A stretch of 64,000 bases of DNA from Paraspadella gotoi (GCA_051294375.1 CM119271.1:5073520-5137519); one strand, 5' to 3'. Shown: positions 16,201 to 30,255, numbered from the stretch's first letter. Notes: generated by a model from the sequence alone, not told the origin. A program made the numbers and translations.

Positions 16201-16511
16201 TTTTTTTTNNNNNNNNNNNNNNNNNNNNNNNNNNNNNNNNNNNNNNNNNNNNNNNNNNNNNNNNNNNNNNNNNNNNNNNNNNNNNNNNNNNNNNNNNNNN
16301 NNNNNNNNNNNNNNNNNNNNNNNNNNNNNNNNNNNNNNNNNNNNNNNNNNNNNNNNNNNNNNNNNNNNNNNNNNNNNNNNNNNNNNNNNNNNNNNNNNNN
16401 NNNNNNNNNNNNNNNNNNNNNNNNNNNNNNNNNNNNNNNNNNNNNNNNNNNNNNNNNNNNNNNNNNNNNNNNNNNNNNNNNNNNNNNNNNNNNNNNNNNN
16501 NNNNNNNNNNN
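582..16511. other. Gap-rich, low-complexity region with about ten N runs flanked by (GA)n/(GTC)n/(TTTC)n microsatellites; no supportable gene
   Basis: N runs at e.g. 582-765, 867-1094, 1645-1929, 12257-12442, 12562-12895, 13891-14189, 15519-15974 and 16209-16511, mostly next to simple repeats. The ORFs here are X-runs or ER/SL repeats. Confidence 0.85.
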
Positions 16512-17794
16512 NGAGAGAGAAACAGAGAGAGAGAGAGCATCACCATAAACGTCAAATATGTTCAAATTTGTCGTATGTCGTTGATTCCCAGATGTAGAAA
16601 AAGAAGAAGCGAAGAAACACGACATTTGATGTATATATGTATTATGTATGTATGTATGTATTATGAAGCATCGAGCTCCTTCACGAAAATTGTATAGATT
16701 TGCTAGTACATTTACATTTATCTCTTTAACATTTTCTACGAGAAGGATGTGCAGCAGGGATCGAGTGAATAAGGCGTCATTGATTGAATCTCGCCATATT
16801 CGCAGAATAATTCGCATGTAAGCAGAAGTTTAGATGTATAGATCTAGATGTATAGATCTATACTATAGATTAAGCAATTGGGTGAAAAACGGCCTTGTTG
16901 CAACTTCTTCTAATAATTTGTCAAAACTTGACGGAAAAGAATTTTAGAAAAAAAGGCCGTGCTTTTCTTAAATTTATTATAATCTTACCTTTCGCCATTT
17001 ACGCAATGAAAATTACGATCTGTCATATCTGATGGCATTTGTCAATCTCACAAACTAGATTGACTTGGACTATTTCAGCAAAAAGAGTAGAAATCATGGA
17101 ATGCAAAATATTTTCTTAAAAAACCTCTGGTTAAAACGAATAACCTTTGATATGATTATACGAATTTAGAATACTACAATATGCAAATAAAATTAAGAGT
17201 TGTAATGTTTCTTGAAAGAACAAGAAAAAAAGAAAAAGATAAGAAACAGTATAAGAAAAAAGATGAGATAAGGAGGGATATATTTTACTTAACAGAGGAT
17301 ATCAGTAAGTAAAAAAAAAAACAAACAAAAATATAATAGAGAATAATAAAGAAAATATCAGACGGGGCATTATAAAGGGATGCTATAGTCCGAAATCCAG
17401 AAGAAAAGAGAGACGTCGTTGGCGACGAGAAACGAAGCGGAAACAAGATGGCGTCGACGCCAAAAAAAAAAAGGCGCGCGGACGTAAACAGTAAACAAAA
17501 GGCAGCCTCGTTTCCGACGTCGATGATGGCGCGATAATTTTTCTGACCAACGAGAGGCGCCGACGATAACGGGGTGAGGGTCGGTGAGGGAAGGAGAGGG
17601 TAAGACGAGGACGAGGTGAGATTGTATAACAAAGTATAGAGGGTGAGGACAGATAGGGGGCGGGTAAGGGTCGCAAAGACGCCCTCGTCGTCTTACGACG
17701 GCGATAAAAACGAAAATAAAAACAAGTGGCCGAAAGCAACGACGGCCTAAGGAAGGAATACAAAAACAAGAGGGAAAACGAGGGAATTAGGTGC

Positions 17795-17862
<68 letters not shown>

Positions 17863-18812
17863 GAGTTTTTCTTCTCTTTCTCTTCTCACCACGTCAGTCC
17901 CAACTAGTATGAAAGGAATAAAAAAATATATAAAAAAAAAGTGGGACGAAAATGTTGATGAATTGGAAAAGAATCCAGAGACGTTATTGGGGGAAATGGT
18001 TTTCCGAGGCAGAGGTCCGCCAAAGCGCTGATAAATCTTTTTATGGTTGACCCTGAAATCAAGGGAGGAAGGAAAGGGAGGCGAGGAAAGGGAGGAAGGA
18101 AAGGGAAATGAGGAAAGGGAGGCGAGGAAAGGGAGGAAGAAAAGGGAGGAAAGAAAGGGAGGGAGGAAAGGGAAGTGAGGAAAGGAAGGAAGGAAAAGGA
18201 GGTGAGGAAAGGGAGGCGATGAAAGGGAGGAAGGCAAAAGAGAAAGGAAAAGGAGGAAGAAAAGGGAAGTGAGAAAATGAGGGTCATAAAGGGTAAGTTG
18301 AAAGGAGAAAGGCGTGGTAAGGACTAAGGATACTGTCGAAAGGAAGTGATCGACTGAAGGTACGGACATACCTAATAGTTCTCGGTACTGTCGAAACTCG
18401 AAACTGACTGACACGTACAAGTTTGAAAATATCTTTGGTATTTGAATATTAAAAAAAAAATTATCTTGCCTCACACTATCGTGGGAAAACGTTTGGTCAC
18501 AATTTTTTTTAAAGTTACGTTTGAATTTTGAAATTGTTAAAAGTAAATAATTTTGACTGAAAATCAGTTATTATTTTATTCGACCCTCTTCCACCTATAA
18601 TTTTTCTTCACTTTTTTTCCCTTTTCCCATCTCTTAACTTATCTTTCCCTGCAACCCCTTTCCCTTTTCCCATCTCTTAAGTCTTAACTTACCTTGCCCT
18701 CCGATCGCTTTCCTTCGGAGCTTTTGTTTCATTCGGGAAATTGGAAAAGAAGGCTTTAGCCTCACTTTCACAAACACGCCCAGATTGGCAGCTGACTCGC
18801 ATGGAAATGGAG

Positions 18813-18902
<90 letters not shown>

Positions 18903-18989
18903 GTCAGAGCAAAAAACGGTGAGGAGTTAACATCGGTTTGGAGATTTTTTTTTACCGAACGAGGGAACGAAAGGCGGAGCAAGCGAAAT

Positions 18990-19031
<42 letters not shown>

Positions 19032-19175
19032 AGCAGAGAGAGAGAGAGAGAGAGATTGACTTGGACAAAGGCTCTTTAGCGATCTTCATTCAGGGAGGGG
19101 CACAGTTTTGATACAAAGTAATGGCACCGTCTGGTCACGCGCACGCTAAGAAAAAAAAAGCAGGCCAAGATAGCT

Positions 19176-19211
<36 letters not shown>

Positions 19212-19667
19212 TCTCTCTCTCTCTTCTCTCTCGTCTCTCTCTCTCTCTCGTCTCTCTCGTCTCTTCTCTCTCAAAGTCTCTCGTCTCTCTCTGCACGGAG
19301 AAACGGCCTCGTCCATTGACGGGGCAGCATAATGCTCGATTCGCAGAGGCCTCTCTACTCTGACCATCGGGGAAAAAAAGACCGATGAGTGACGTTGGAC
19401 GAAGGAGAGGAAAGAAAAAGGAGGAAAGGAGAGAAAAAGGAGGACGAGGTGAGATGGAGGAAAGGAAAGAAACAAAAAGAGAAAAAAGAGACGGATGAGA
19501 AAAAGGACAAACGAAGGTGTGGAGAGACCAATTTAAGAGTTAAAGGAGAATGGTAAAGACTAAAGAGGAAGAGCGTTAAGAGATTGAGTTGTCGAGAAGA
19601 TGAACCAAATATCCACGAGAAAAAGGGGATGGGAAAGTCTAAAACGGAGGCCTGAGGAGATGAGAGG

Positions 19668-20011
19668 AAACACAAGAACGGTAGTTCCAATGTGTTGTGC
19701 CGCAGTGACTTTATTTTCATTTTGATCACATGACATGAGATAATATAAAACGACTAAAAAACTTTTTGCCCTTGTATTTATGACATGCACTGCAACAAAA
19801 TAACGTCTTATATTCCTTATAGTTTTATGAATGCCTGAAGACGGCGCTAGCAGTCCCTTAGATTTGAGGTTTTTTTCTGTCTTAACAAATAAGCAACCAA
19901 CTATAGGAAAATTATAAATATTTTTAATTACAGACGGACATACCGACCGACAGACTGACCGAAAATTGACTTATAGAGTTGCTCCGCGAGTACTCGCGAC
20001 ACAAGTAAAAA
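19668..20011 (+). mobile_element. Helentron/HINE (DINE-1-like) non-autonomous repeat, copy 1
   Basis: Shares ccaatgtgttg.gcc.cagtgac, atttgaggtttttt..ctgtc.taacaaat, a (GACA/GACC) microsatellite and the terminal palindrome gcgagtactcgc followed by A-run with the copy at 46222-46626. The superfamily call is inferred from this layout. Confidence 0.55.
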
Positions 20012-21047
20012 GCGGGTAGGAAAGTCAAAATCGTAGGCCTGAGGGGATGAGAGGAAAAAAAAAGGAAGTAACGCGGCAAATGAGTCAGAAAATGAGTGGA
20101 ATGGGAGGAAAGGAAAAAAAAGGAAGAAGGCGCCGAAGAGATGAACGAGAAGATGGAGGAAAACATAGAAGCGATGGGTGAATGTCTCATTTAAGTAAGT
20201 AGACAGGGATTTGAACATGAAACCAAAGTGGAATTTATTGATATAAAAACAGATATGAAGACGGTGTCAATTTTGGACAGAATACTCAGATACAAAATCT
20301 ACATCTATTTATACAGAGCAAGTGGATCAGAGACGTGGGTAGATTTTACAGCCTCTTCGCTCATTGGCCGCTTCCATTTGAGTCTCGCCCAATGAGAGAG
20401 CTCGATTCCATTCTGGTAATTTCTTCCCGAGCCTCCGATCTCTGTATCAGAGAGCTCGATTCCATTTCTGTGATTTCTCCCCGAGCTTCTGATCCGGTTC
20501 CATCTCTGTATCTTCTGTGATGGTCTGTTAAAGAATTAGAAGAGAAGATGATTCAGATGATTCTACAAATGATTTTATCCAAATAGGAATATATAAGATG
20601 CTAGCCAACTGTGAAAATTCGCTGATGAGAATAAAAAATTTTAAGAATAGTAACGAGAAGGCGAAATCGGGCTGAAGTAAGAATTGAGAGTCCGATGAAA
20701 TGACGTTGCGAAGTCGTAATTGAAAAAACTGCACGATGGCGACATCGACGCGAATAACCGAGACATCGAATCGAGCGACATAACAATGACGAGACATTTC
20801 TCATTAAATTCAGCTTTGAAGGACGAGTTTTTAAATTGTAAAACAAAACTATCGCTACTTAATAGCGTTACAATAGAGAAGGACGCCCTTCGAAGCGTCG
20901 CCGCGACCTCTATCGTCAATGACACAAAGCTTTATTCTCGAGCGAAACGAAAAAAAAAATGTCGTCTCGAGATGAATAAAAATTGAATAAATTAAGAGTT
21001 AAAACAAATAAGAAAAGGAGTTGGGGGAAACTTCGCTCGAGGGAGAG

Positions 21048-21104
<57 letters not shown>

Positions 21105-21109
21105 GGAGA

Positions 21110-21145
<36 letters not shown>

Positions 21146-21156
21146 AGAGAAGAGAG

Positions 21157-21205
<49 letters not shown>

Positions 21206-21331
21206 TGTCGCCAGTAGAGGGATTACGATCAAAAAAAAAAAATCACAGATATGAGAGCGAAAGAAAGAGCGAGTAAAAGTGAAAAGGAGAGATATCAAAA
21301 ACATTACGAGAGAGAGAGAGTGTGAGAGAGT

Positions 21332-21372
<41 letters not shown>

Positions 21373-22420
21373 ATCCCAGTTAGGGCGCTGGAGGATAGGA
21401 ACGTGATCACCGATGAGTTGAACAGGGGCGCGTTCGCGCTATTTTTAGAATGTAAATGAGAAAAAAGTGGAATTATTTTTCTCTTATTAATCGTCGTCTT
21501 CATCGTCGTCGTCGCCGTCGTCGGCCTGGGATCACCTAAACAAAATAGCAGTGAATCCCGATCGCCGCAGGATAAAAACTCCAGATGTCGCTAGAAAGAT
21601 TTTTGGTCCCAACAGATCCAAACAATTTTTGTAAAAAAAATATTTCATATTCATTTAAAGTAAACGAATGACTGAATTTATTCATATCTCAAGCGCAGTT
21701 GAAATGGGCTTAGATAGGTCACAAAACCTCGCCAAAACAAGTCGTAAGCAAAGCGAGACGGTACTAACATAAGAGTCTTGGTTGAAAGCTGGGACCAGCT
21801 ATGTTATTATCTACTAAGTGTGATAGATGCCTTAAATCACGATAGCCTGTGCAAAGTCAGGGGCAAGATTGCTTATTTATTAAATAAATGGATAATTTTT
21901 CTATTGGTTGTACTGTGGCAAGTAAACGGGACGAGGTTCATAACTGATTAGATCTTAGTAGAATTATTTATGGCCGAATCAAACCGGTGCGATGCTCGGC
22001 GCCCCGTATCCCCCGAGCTGCGGCCGATGCGCCCCGTGGAATTTTTTCCGTACAGCATTGAAACATTAAGCGCGCGTTCAGTTATCTTACAACCTCCGAC
22101 GAGCTATCTTTTCTCGTGATCTCATAACCTCCCAGATCTCGTGTGATACTGATAGTAATAGTGATGAAACACTGAAGTCCATCAGCGCAGCTCCGGTGGC
22201 GTACGAGCGAGAAATCTCTCTTTCTTCCAAGCTGTCTTGGGTTTGCGCCCCATTGGTGTCAAAGCTAGTAAGCGGATAGGGAGGTCTCACCCACCTGTTG
22301 TGGCGGACTACGGTCAGATCCGAAGTTCTGAAACTAGCAAATAACAGGCGGTTATTTGTCCTGCCGTGTGGCTCTCAAACGTTACTCTTTAGACCATGAG
22401 CGCTTGATCTTCTGTTTTAA

Positions 22421-23310
22421 GGGGACCAAGTGAACAGGGGGGGTAAAGTCCTGAAAACATAACGTTTGACCCTTTAACTTAAGCTGGTTCTGATCATATA
22501 ATTTTTTCTTTCTATAATCATTTGGGAAAGTAGTTAAAAAAATTCGATAAAATCAGCGAGCTTAATTTTCTTTAAAAAATCGGTAAGAAGAAAATCTTTT
22601 CCAAGTTTAAAATTTTTTTTTCCAAAAAAGGGTAAGATCTAATTTTAAAAATATTTTCAGCTTTTATCATAAAAATTTTATAGAAAAAAAACTAGGAAAT
22701 GAATCAAAATTTAAGGTATCGACTGATTTTATTTAAACTTTCTTTTCAAATGATTCTGTTAATGGATGAAAATAAAACTCTTTGAAGTAATATAAATATA
22801 TAAAGAAGAGAAAGATTCTGTACTTTTGCTAAATTTTTAATTGTTATAATTAGGAATCAATATAGTTTAATTATACATTTAAGGGATGAATATGAATATT
22901 AATTAATAATTATTACAGTTTGTTTCTGAAGAATAAATTTAGGTTTGATTTGTCTGCTTTTAAGTAAATATAAAAAATAAAAAAATATTAGTCTTGTAAA
23001 GCCTTTGTTCAATGAGGCTTAAACCTAAAATTATAGCTTTGTACAGTAAAAAATAAAAAATTGGAATTTAGTAAAAAATACTTTCTAATGCAAAAATAAA
23101 ATAATGGATTATATAAATATTTAGGTAGGGTCAACTAAATTTTTTTTTTCATAATTATTAAATTTTTGTTTCGCTAGAATAAAGAGATAGGAATTTTTTT
23201 GCCACTTTCCCGTGCAAAGAAAATTAATGACTATCACCATTCAAATTCCTTTGATGATAGACCCTTAAGCTTCGCTGCTATGCATATCAACTTTTATTCA
23301 CTGGGTCCCC
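22421..23310. mobile_element. Non-autonomous TTAA-targeting DNA transposon (Kolobok-like MITE)
   Basis: TTAA at 22417-20 and 23311-14. TIRs are ggggaccaagtgaa / ttcactgggtcccc (13/14 match). RR...YY ends with a TTAA duplication fit Kolobok. No ORF inside. Confidence 0.8.
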
Positions 23311-24197
23311 TTAACTATATCGATTTTTTTCAACAAGTTTTTTTTTAATTTCTGACGCTTCGTTTGTCTTCACGATAACATTCTGTAATCAAATTTGAAA
23401 ATAATTTTTTTTTTTGCTTCGGAAAATCGGATAATCCATCATGCGGGTAAGCCTGGTAGATTTATTCTTCATGTAAAATGTTTAAAGCTAAATGCTTTAG
23501 GCTTCAAGCCCAATTTATCATTAACCTATTAATTGAGAGACGACCTCCACCCGCTGGAAAGTAAAGGAAAAAATCTTGATTAACCCGTTTCCATTGCAAA
23601 GAGCGGTCTCTCTGTCAGGCTTTACTTATCTTTCTACTACAGAGACAAAGATTAACGATTAATAGAAACTCGCTAATTTTGCGACCGGAAATGTCAAGGA
23701 CGTCGATGACCGGTTTTCAAGAAAAAACGTGATTTCGATCCCCGGCAATTCGACCAATCGCGGACAAGCGATGTCAAAAGCCCACGGTCTAAGATTTTTA
23801 ATTTATTACCAGCTTGGTTTCTTTTTTTTTTTTTTTTTTTTTTGTAAGCCGGGCGAGAACCCTTAACCATTGGCTAATGTGACTATAATAATCCGGCGCA
23901 ATTCGTAGGGATAAAGTCACTTGTCTACTAACTGGCTGAAAATGAATAGATCCTTAATAAAAAGAAAAATATTGAGTTAGACATCGATATATTAGATATA
24001 AGGCAGCCATCATCAAAATAAATACATATAGACTTTATTAAAAGTCATTGATACTTGCGATTTACATTTCAATATTTTATAAAACTTATTAACTGCATAC
24101 AAAAAATTTATAATATTGTATCATTGTAACACTGAGTCATTTAGCCATTTTAATTAAACTGTATATAAAATGTTGAACGTTGGCATTTGAATCTTAA

Positions 24198-27100
24198 TCA
24201 AACGCTCAAAAGGTCATCGTCGACCGTCTTGAAGGGATCATCGAGTCCGGCGCCACTGAAATCATTGATGAGCCTAAACGAATGTAATTCGCTGATTAAT
24301 TTACGATTGTTCAATTACATAACTTGAACTCTAACTTCTCGACTGACCTAAACAGAGCGTGGTAGGAGGTGTACAGTGCACCCTCGATCCATTGAGGTTT
24401 GAACGAAAAGCCATCCCCAGCGAAGTAAAGTCCTAGAGGTTAAAAATGTGAGAATTTTTAAAACAAGTTTGAGCAAACAATGCCGGATCAGCCCATGATC
24501 ATTGGACGGTAAGCAGCTGATCAGATAATTAATTAATTAATAATTAAATAATTAATTAATTTATTTTTATATTTTTTCTCTTCATAGTAAATGCTCACGA
24601 TCGTTAATGATGATCAATTTATCACTCATCACTTAGCAGCTTTCGTCTTCAGCCTTCTTTCATCGAACCTACCTTTGGGCGAGTCATCGCAGTATTTCAT
24701 CACTTTCGTCATCTGATGGAAACCGGACGGTGGATTAGAGAGTTGAACCCAAGGTTGAACGAAAAAGTTTCCCGTGAATTCCGAACGAACATTGACTTTA
24801 GGATGGAAATGTTGGAGTTCCTCCAGCGCCATCGTTACCACATCCTGAGGATTTGAATGAGACGGAAAATAAAGGGCGGCCTTTAAAACTAATCTGTTAA
24901 AATGAAAAACCTCACCCTGACGCCCGAATCATCGTCGAAGTCTCCGTCCTTCCACTTGGCAGTCGAATTTTTCATGTAACCTTGAGAACTGACTTTGTGG
25001 GCAAAGGCCTCGGCATTTTCGTGAAATACATACATCATGATGACGTTGCCCGGTTCTTGGGTGGACCGAGGATAACGAAATTGGGAAACGACCTCGGTGG
25101 AAGTTAGAAAACCTTAAGAAAATGATATTTTAAGTTGATGATTGAATTTAAATTAACAAAGCTGTTTCAAAAACGCATTAATAAAACGCGCTTAAGATCT
25201 CGTTATCCATTAACTGTTTAACGTGCTCAAAAGTTGTTATGTTTAACTATTAGTGAGAATATGTAATTTTAATTTCCACATTCACCGTTTTTATCATCGA
25301 TTACAAATCCCCCTTTATTGTTCCTTGGTGTTTTCCAAAACGGTCTCTTGAACTGTAGATGCATCTTGAAGAGGCTGAAGGTCTCAAAGAGCGCCGTGTT
25401 AGGGGCGATGTTCTCGCCACCAGCTATGATTGTCATATCACGGATGAAGGGCGCCGGAATCGTTGATACGACGGCGTTAAAAGCGCCGACTACGGTCATG
25501 CCACCAGTCACCTTGGAGGGTCTCAGGAGATAGACTGAGGTTCGGAGGAAAAGTGTAAATAACGTGAGTTTGGATTCGGCTAAAAACTGATATACTAATT
25601 AGTCACGCAATTTTGGAAAAAAAAAAGCCTGGACTTGAATTGTTTTGTTTTTTTAATTTTAAAACATTTAATACTTGATTTTTAATCATGATTTACCAAT
25701 TAGTAAAACATTTTATCTGCCGCCCTCCTTTCTCTGATAGTCTTTGGTAATTTTTAGTTTTGCCATTTCTAAAAGTTTTTTTCTTACCCTTTCCATTTTT
25801 AGCAATCTTTATTTTCTCAATGTCTCTTTTCCACAAAAACTTGATTTTTAAGTTAGAGTTCTTTTTTGACATCTTGACGAGTTCATCATAAAAAGCAGTG
25901 TAGCCAACTGTCTTATCCGGCTTCTCCACCAAGGAGTGCATCCCATCCCTGAGCGACATCATTCCTTCACTTTGCCACCAATTCCCAATAGACTCCATGA
26001 TAAAGTCACGAATTCTAAATGGAAAAGATTTAAAGGAAATAAAAATTGACTCATAGCAGAGATTCAAAATATGTACGTATTTATATAACAGCATTGGTCT
26101 TTTACCGATCTTCAGTGGGATAGTTGTAGCAGACTTCGAAAATGTCAATGACGGACTCGTGCCACCCATTTTTGATGAGGTGCTCGCGATACGTGGAAGA
26201 CCAATCGTGTTGAAACTTTTTCCAAGCGGCCAACTTCTCCTTTTCTTCGCTACGATTATTCAAAAGGGATTTTAATTTAAAAAATATATATATACATTTC
26301 TACTAAAAAAAAATACATGCAGCTCAATACCTCGGATCAGTGTCGGCGATTGCGCTGTGATCGTAGACCCACTCCATGACTTTCTGAACGACCGACTCCT
26401 CGAAGGCCTCGCCTAAAGATCCGTGATGCTTCTTTACGAGGAACTCGGCGAATTCACCATCAATGGCTTTGACTTTCTCCAGAATAAAATCTTCCATGCC
26501 GCGACCATCGGAATTTCTTAAACGGATGGCAGTAATCGGGTTGAGAAGTCGTTCGTCTTAAACATACTCGACTTTACATTCACGAATGGGGATTTAATCT
26601 CCCTGTTAACCTGTACGTGCCATTGTCTCCCTTGACAAAGACCCTTCCATTGATAGAGCGGGCGGCCACTCCCATGTTGTGACGAAATACTGGCACCTTG
26701 AATTTCTGAATATTGTGGGTGATTTATTTAAAAAAGTGAGGGAGAACCAAATCATTTTATCACTGTTCCTCTTGTGAGCCTGCCTTGAGGTAGTGTCGGA
26801 TGAGGAAGTGGGGAAAAGCCTCGTCAGGGACAAAATCAAAGTCTCCAGATCCGTGGACGAGCGATTGGAGCTCGTCGTCGCTCATGGAGCCGACGACGCA
26901 GTTGATGTTGCGAGTGGAACAGATGCTGGAGGAGTTCCTGGAGGAAGAAACAAGAATCGTTGTCGTTCAAAGACCATTCTGTAATTTAACTTTCGAAAAA
27001 TTGTTATTTAATTTTCTATAACGTTGTCATATTTTTTTTTTTAGCCATTTTTACCTGTTGTATTTGCAGTCCATCTCAGTCTGGGGTGGAAGTGGCAGAC

Positions 27101-27771
27101 GCATTGCGCCTGCATCTGATGTTGTCTTCTTGTTATTCCAAATATTTGGCAAAAAATGACCCTTTTTACCTTAAATAAATAGTTAAATAAATAGTTCTGA
27201 TTATTATTATTATTGATTAATGGTAATGGTATAATGCTCATTAAGCTTTGAATTTTAATTGAGTAACCACATTAATACGTGAAAACTTACCAACTGTTTT
27301 GATTCTTCCTCCAACGCGACTCTGTTTTTCAACGATTGTAATTTTTATCTTTGATTTCGTTTCTACAGCAAATTTTGCCAATTCGTATGCTGTGGCCAAA
27401 CCTAAATGAGGAGGAAGAAAGTTCTAATATACATTATACAATATACATATATATTATATAATATTGTATATTATATATTACTTGTTAATGCTTAGAGCAT
27501 TAAACGGCTTAGACCTTAGAAAGTTACATACGACATAGTGTTCAAGTTAATGCGCACTGTCAAAATATATATCTATAATACAACCATTATATCTATTGTC
27601 TAGATATTGCTCAATGCTCACCCGCCGGTCCTGCCCCAATAATTGCCACCTTCATCCTTCCCTTCAACTTTTTGCCGCCAAATCTTTGAGCGAATCCATT
27701 TTGGGCCAAATCAAGAAGATCTTTCTGCCAGAGATTTTGGAACTGGATGGAATGAAAGAGATCCTCGCATT
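24198..27771 (-). CDS. FAD-dependent L-amino-acid oxidase / flavin amine oxidase family protein, paralogue A (5' exon not located)
   Basis: Exons (-): 27622-27771, 27291-27401, 27055-27169, 26784-26937, 26611-26705, 26331-26516, ~26106-26249, 25788-26014, 25286-25534, 24916-25112, 24673-24844, 24348-24432, 24198-24273 (TGA). Splice phases are consistent. Motifs: VAIIGAGPAGLATAYEL...IVEKQSRVGGRIKT (dinucleotide-binding plus GG motif), DAGAMRLP, LYFAGDGFSFKPQWIEGAL. Confidence 0.9.
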
Positions 27772-27970
27772 CTGGAAAGAAAAAAAAAGAAATTGTCAAA
27801 TGTCGACGAATGTTTTTATTATCAATTCTATTAAAATTGTTGATTGACATTAAATAAGATTCTAAGCCGCACTATCGAACACCAAGAACCAAGAGATGAG
27901 GCTTAGCAATGCAATGTGATTAAAAGATTAAAACAAGAAGATTCTATGAAGGAAGTTTAAAGGCGAGTAG

Positions 27971-28226
27971 TGTGGCGGTATATTCACACCGCCTCACGTC
28001 CGTCATCCTTCAGCCAAATCCATTGGCTCAGAGGGGGAACACACCATCCCAAGCGTAGAGTTCCATCCACAGTCCTAACGACTTCCCTCTGCGTTGGCAA
28101 AGCGAGACCGTCCTAGGGTAACCGCGCCAGTGACTGGAGGCGTCACTGAGGGTCGGAAGCCCCCAAAGCCAACAGTGAGATGCCCCATCCCAATGGGCAT
28201 CACAGGCAACCCGGCTGTTGCCATAG
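27971..28226. repeat. ~250-bp GC-rich structured interspersed repeat, copy 1
   Basis: Closely similar to 32129-32355 and contains several hairpins (ggcggt..accgcc, cagtgac..gtcactg, ggcaac..gttgcc). Confidence 0.8.
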
Positions 28227-28363
28227 TAGTGAAAAAAAAAATATCAACAATTAAATCAAAATCATCGCTTACCCGGCTTTTCGGCGACGCCGACAACCAC
28301 GAGGACGAAAAGAAGCGACGCCGATAGGACGGCGCTCCGGCGACAATTCGGCGTCATTTTATC

Positions 28364-28402
<39 letters not shown>

Positions 28403-29045
28403 CTATAATGATATTATAGTATAATTATAAGTATTCAAAGAGAATACATTTTTTATATATTTTGCCAATAATAAAATATTAATACGAAAATCATTTTTTA
28501 GGGAAGATTAGATTAGTATTATTACATATTATATGTAATATTATGTATATATAATTAGAGCTGAAAGAAGACTAAAAAAAAATGAATCAAATTCAAAAAT
28601 TTTCGAGTGCTCGTTTTTTTAAATATGAAAACGCCATGACCTTTCGTAACTGGTTTTCGATTCCAGAAAAAAAAAAGCGAGGCCGACTCGTTTTTCCTGT
28701 TTGACCTGGAAGATAAGAAATGAGAAAACCAGTCTTTCTGTCTGTTTCTCTGTCTCACACTATATCTGTCTCTCTATCACTCTCTTTCTGTCTCTGTCTT
28801 TGTCTGTCTCTGTCTCTAACTTTTTTTCTCTCACATTGAAGCGATTTTGAATATTCGAATCTTCACTTGAAAAAAGTATGCCAAAGTATGCCAAGTATGC
28901 CAAAAACTACAAACCTATAAATTAAATCTTTATTTTTGAATCGTAAATTTCGTATATAAATATATATATATATATATATAAATATATAAATATATATATA
29001 AATGTAAGACGTATGACTGGCTCAATGATATCATTTTTTGCTTAA

Positions 29046-30255
29046 GGGGACCCAGTGATCGGGGGGGGGGTTAAAAGCTGATATCCTAACGTTTGGGCCC
29101 TTAAACTATGATGGTTCCGTCTGTGCGATTCTTTTTTCTCTGCTCTAATGGGAAAGTGGTCAAAAAATTTGATGTTGGTCAGCTCTGCTGATTTTTGTTA
29201 AAATATTTTCTTTATTTTCATTAATTGTTAATCATTGTCACTTGCGGCCAATAGACCAACTACTCACCATGAAGTTGGAGAGTTGCTTCCAATCTTTTAT
29301 GTGTCTTGTTTGTGTAAGGAAATCATATATTCTTAATCTGGCAATAGAAATGGCTTATACTTGAGTTTCTGTTGGTTGACAAGAACAAAGACGACGACAA
29401 CAAAAACAATGACAAAAACAATGATGAAAACGAGAACAAAGACGAGTAGTTATGTAAATGCATAAATAAGTTAATTTACTGTTAAAATTACAAAATATAA
29501 TTAATTATTCATCATAAGCTAACAAATTTATTTTAAAAGCTTTAATGTCTTGGTGAAAAAAGATTTTGAAGTAAGTAAATATCAAATCAAAATGTAAAGA
29601 ATTAAATGTTATTCATTCACTGTTTACTAACTTTAAAATAAGATTTTATTGTCAAAATCGTCATATTATTGTTGAAATTTGTCCACTCTTCTCTGTACGA
29701 TGTTGAGTTCATCACTTTCTGTCAGGGCCAGCTAATACGCTTATTATCTTTTTTTTTTCAAAAAAGAAAAAAAAAGAAAAAAAATCAGGAATGGTTAAAA
29801 AATTATGGTATGGAAAAATTTGAAGTTTTTTTAAAATCAAATCATTAATTGGATCAAAATATAACCCCTAATATTAATACAAGTATGAGAAGAAAGGAAG
29901 CGCTCTTTATCTCTCCTATAATTAAATCCGTTGCGAACAACAGTTAACGGAAACTGGAATGATATTACAGGGGACATGAGTAATGTTTACCAAATGAAAT
30001 GATATCTTTGTTTGCATTTTAAAAGGGATTTATGGAAAAACGACTTCCAGTAAGACAATGAAGGGTATCAGTATTTAGGGGAGATCTATGAAAAATTTTC
30101 CCAATAATTATCTTGTCCTTGTTCGCATTGCAACAAGGAGATGGTAATTTTTTTTTCACTTTCCTGCGCGAATAAAAATTAATGACTATCACCATTCGAA
30201 TTCCTTTAATGATAGTCCCTTAAGCTTATGATATCATTTTTATCACTGGGTCCCC
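29046..30255. mobile_element. Non-autonomous TTAA-targeting DNA transposon (Kolobok-like MITE), same family as 22421-23310
   Basis: TTAA at 29042-45 and 30256-59. Perfect 14-bp TIRs ggggacccagtgat / atcactgggtcccc. Subterminal sequences are similar to the 22421 copy; the interior differs. Confidence 0.85.

Noticed and set aside
20528-20986. Possible coding exon (88-aa ORF and upstream frame)
   Set aside because: Multiple stops, no recognisable motif and no partner exons.
435-21503. Many long ORFs in the ORF track (X-rich, ERER, SLSL, FLSF)
   Set aside because: They are produced by N gaps and (GA)n/(TC)n/(TTTC)n microsatellites, with no protein motifs or consistent splice structure.
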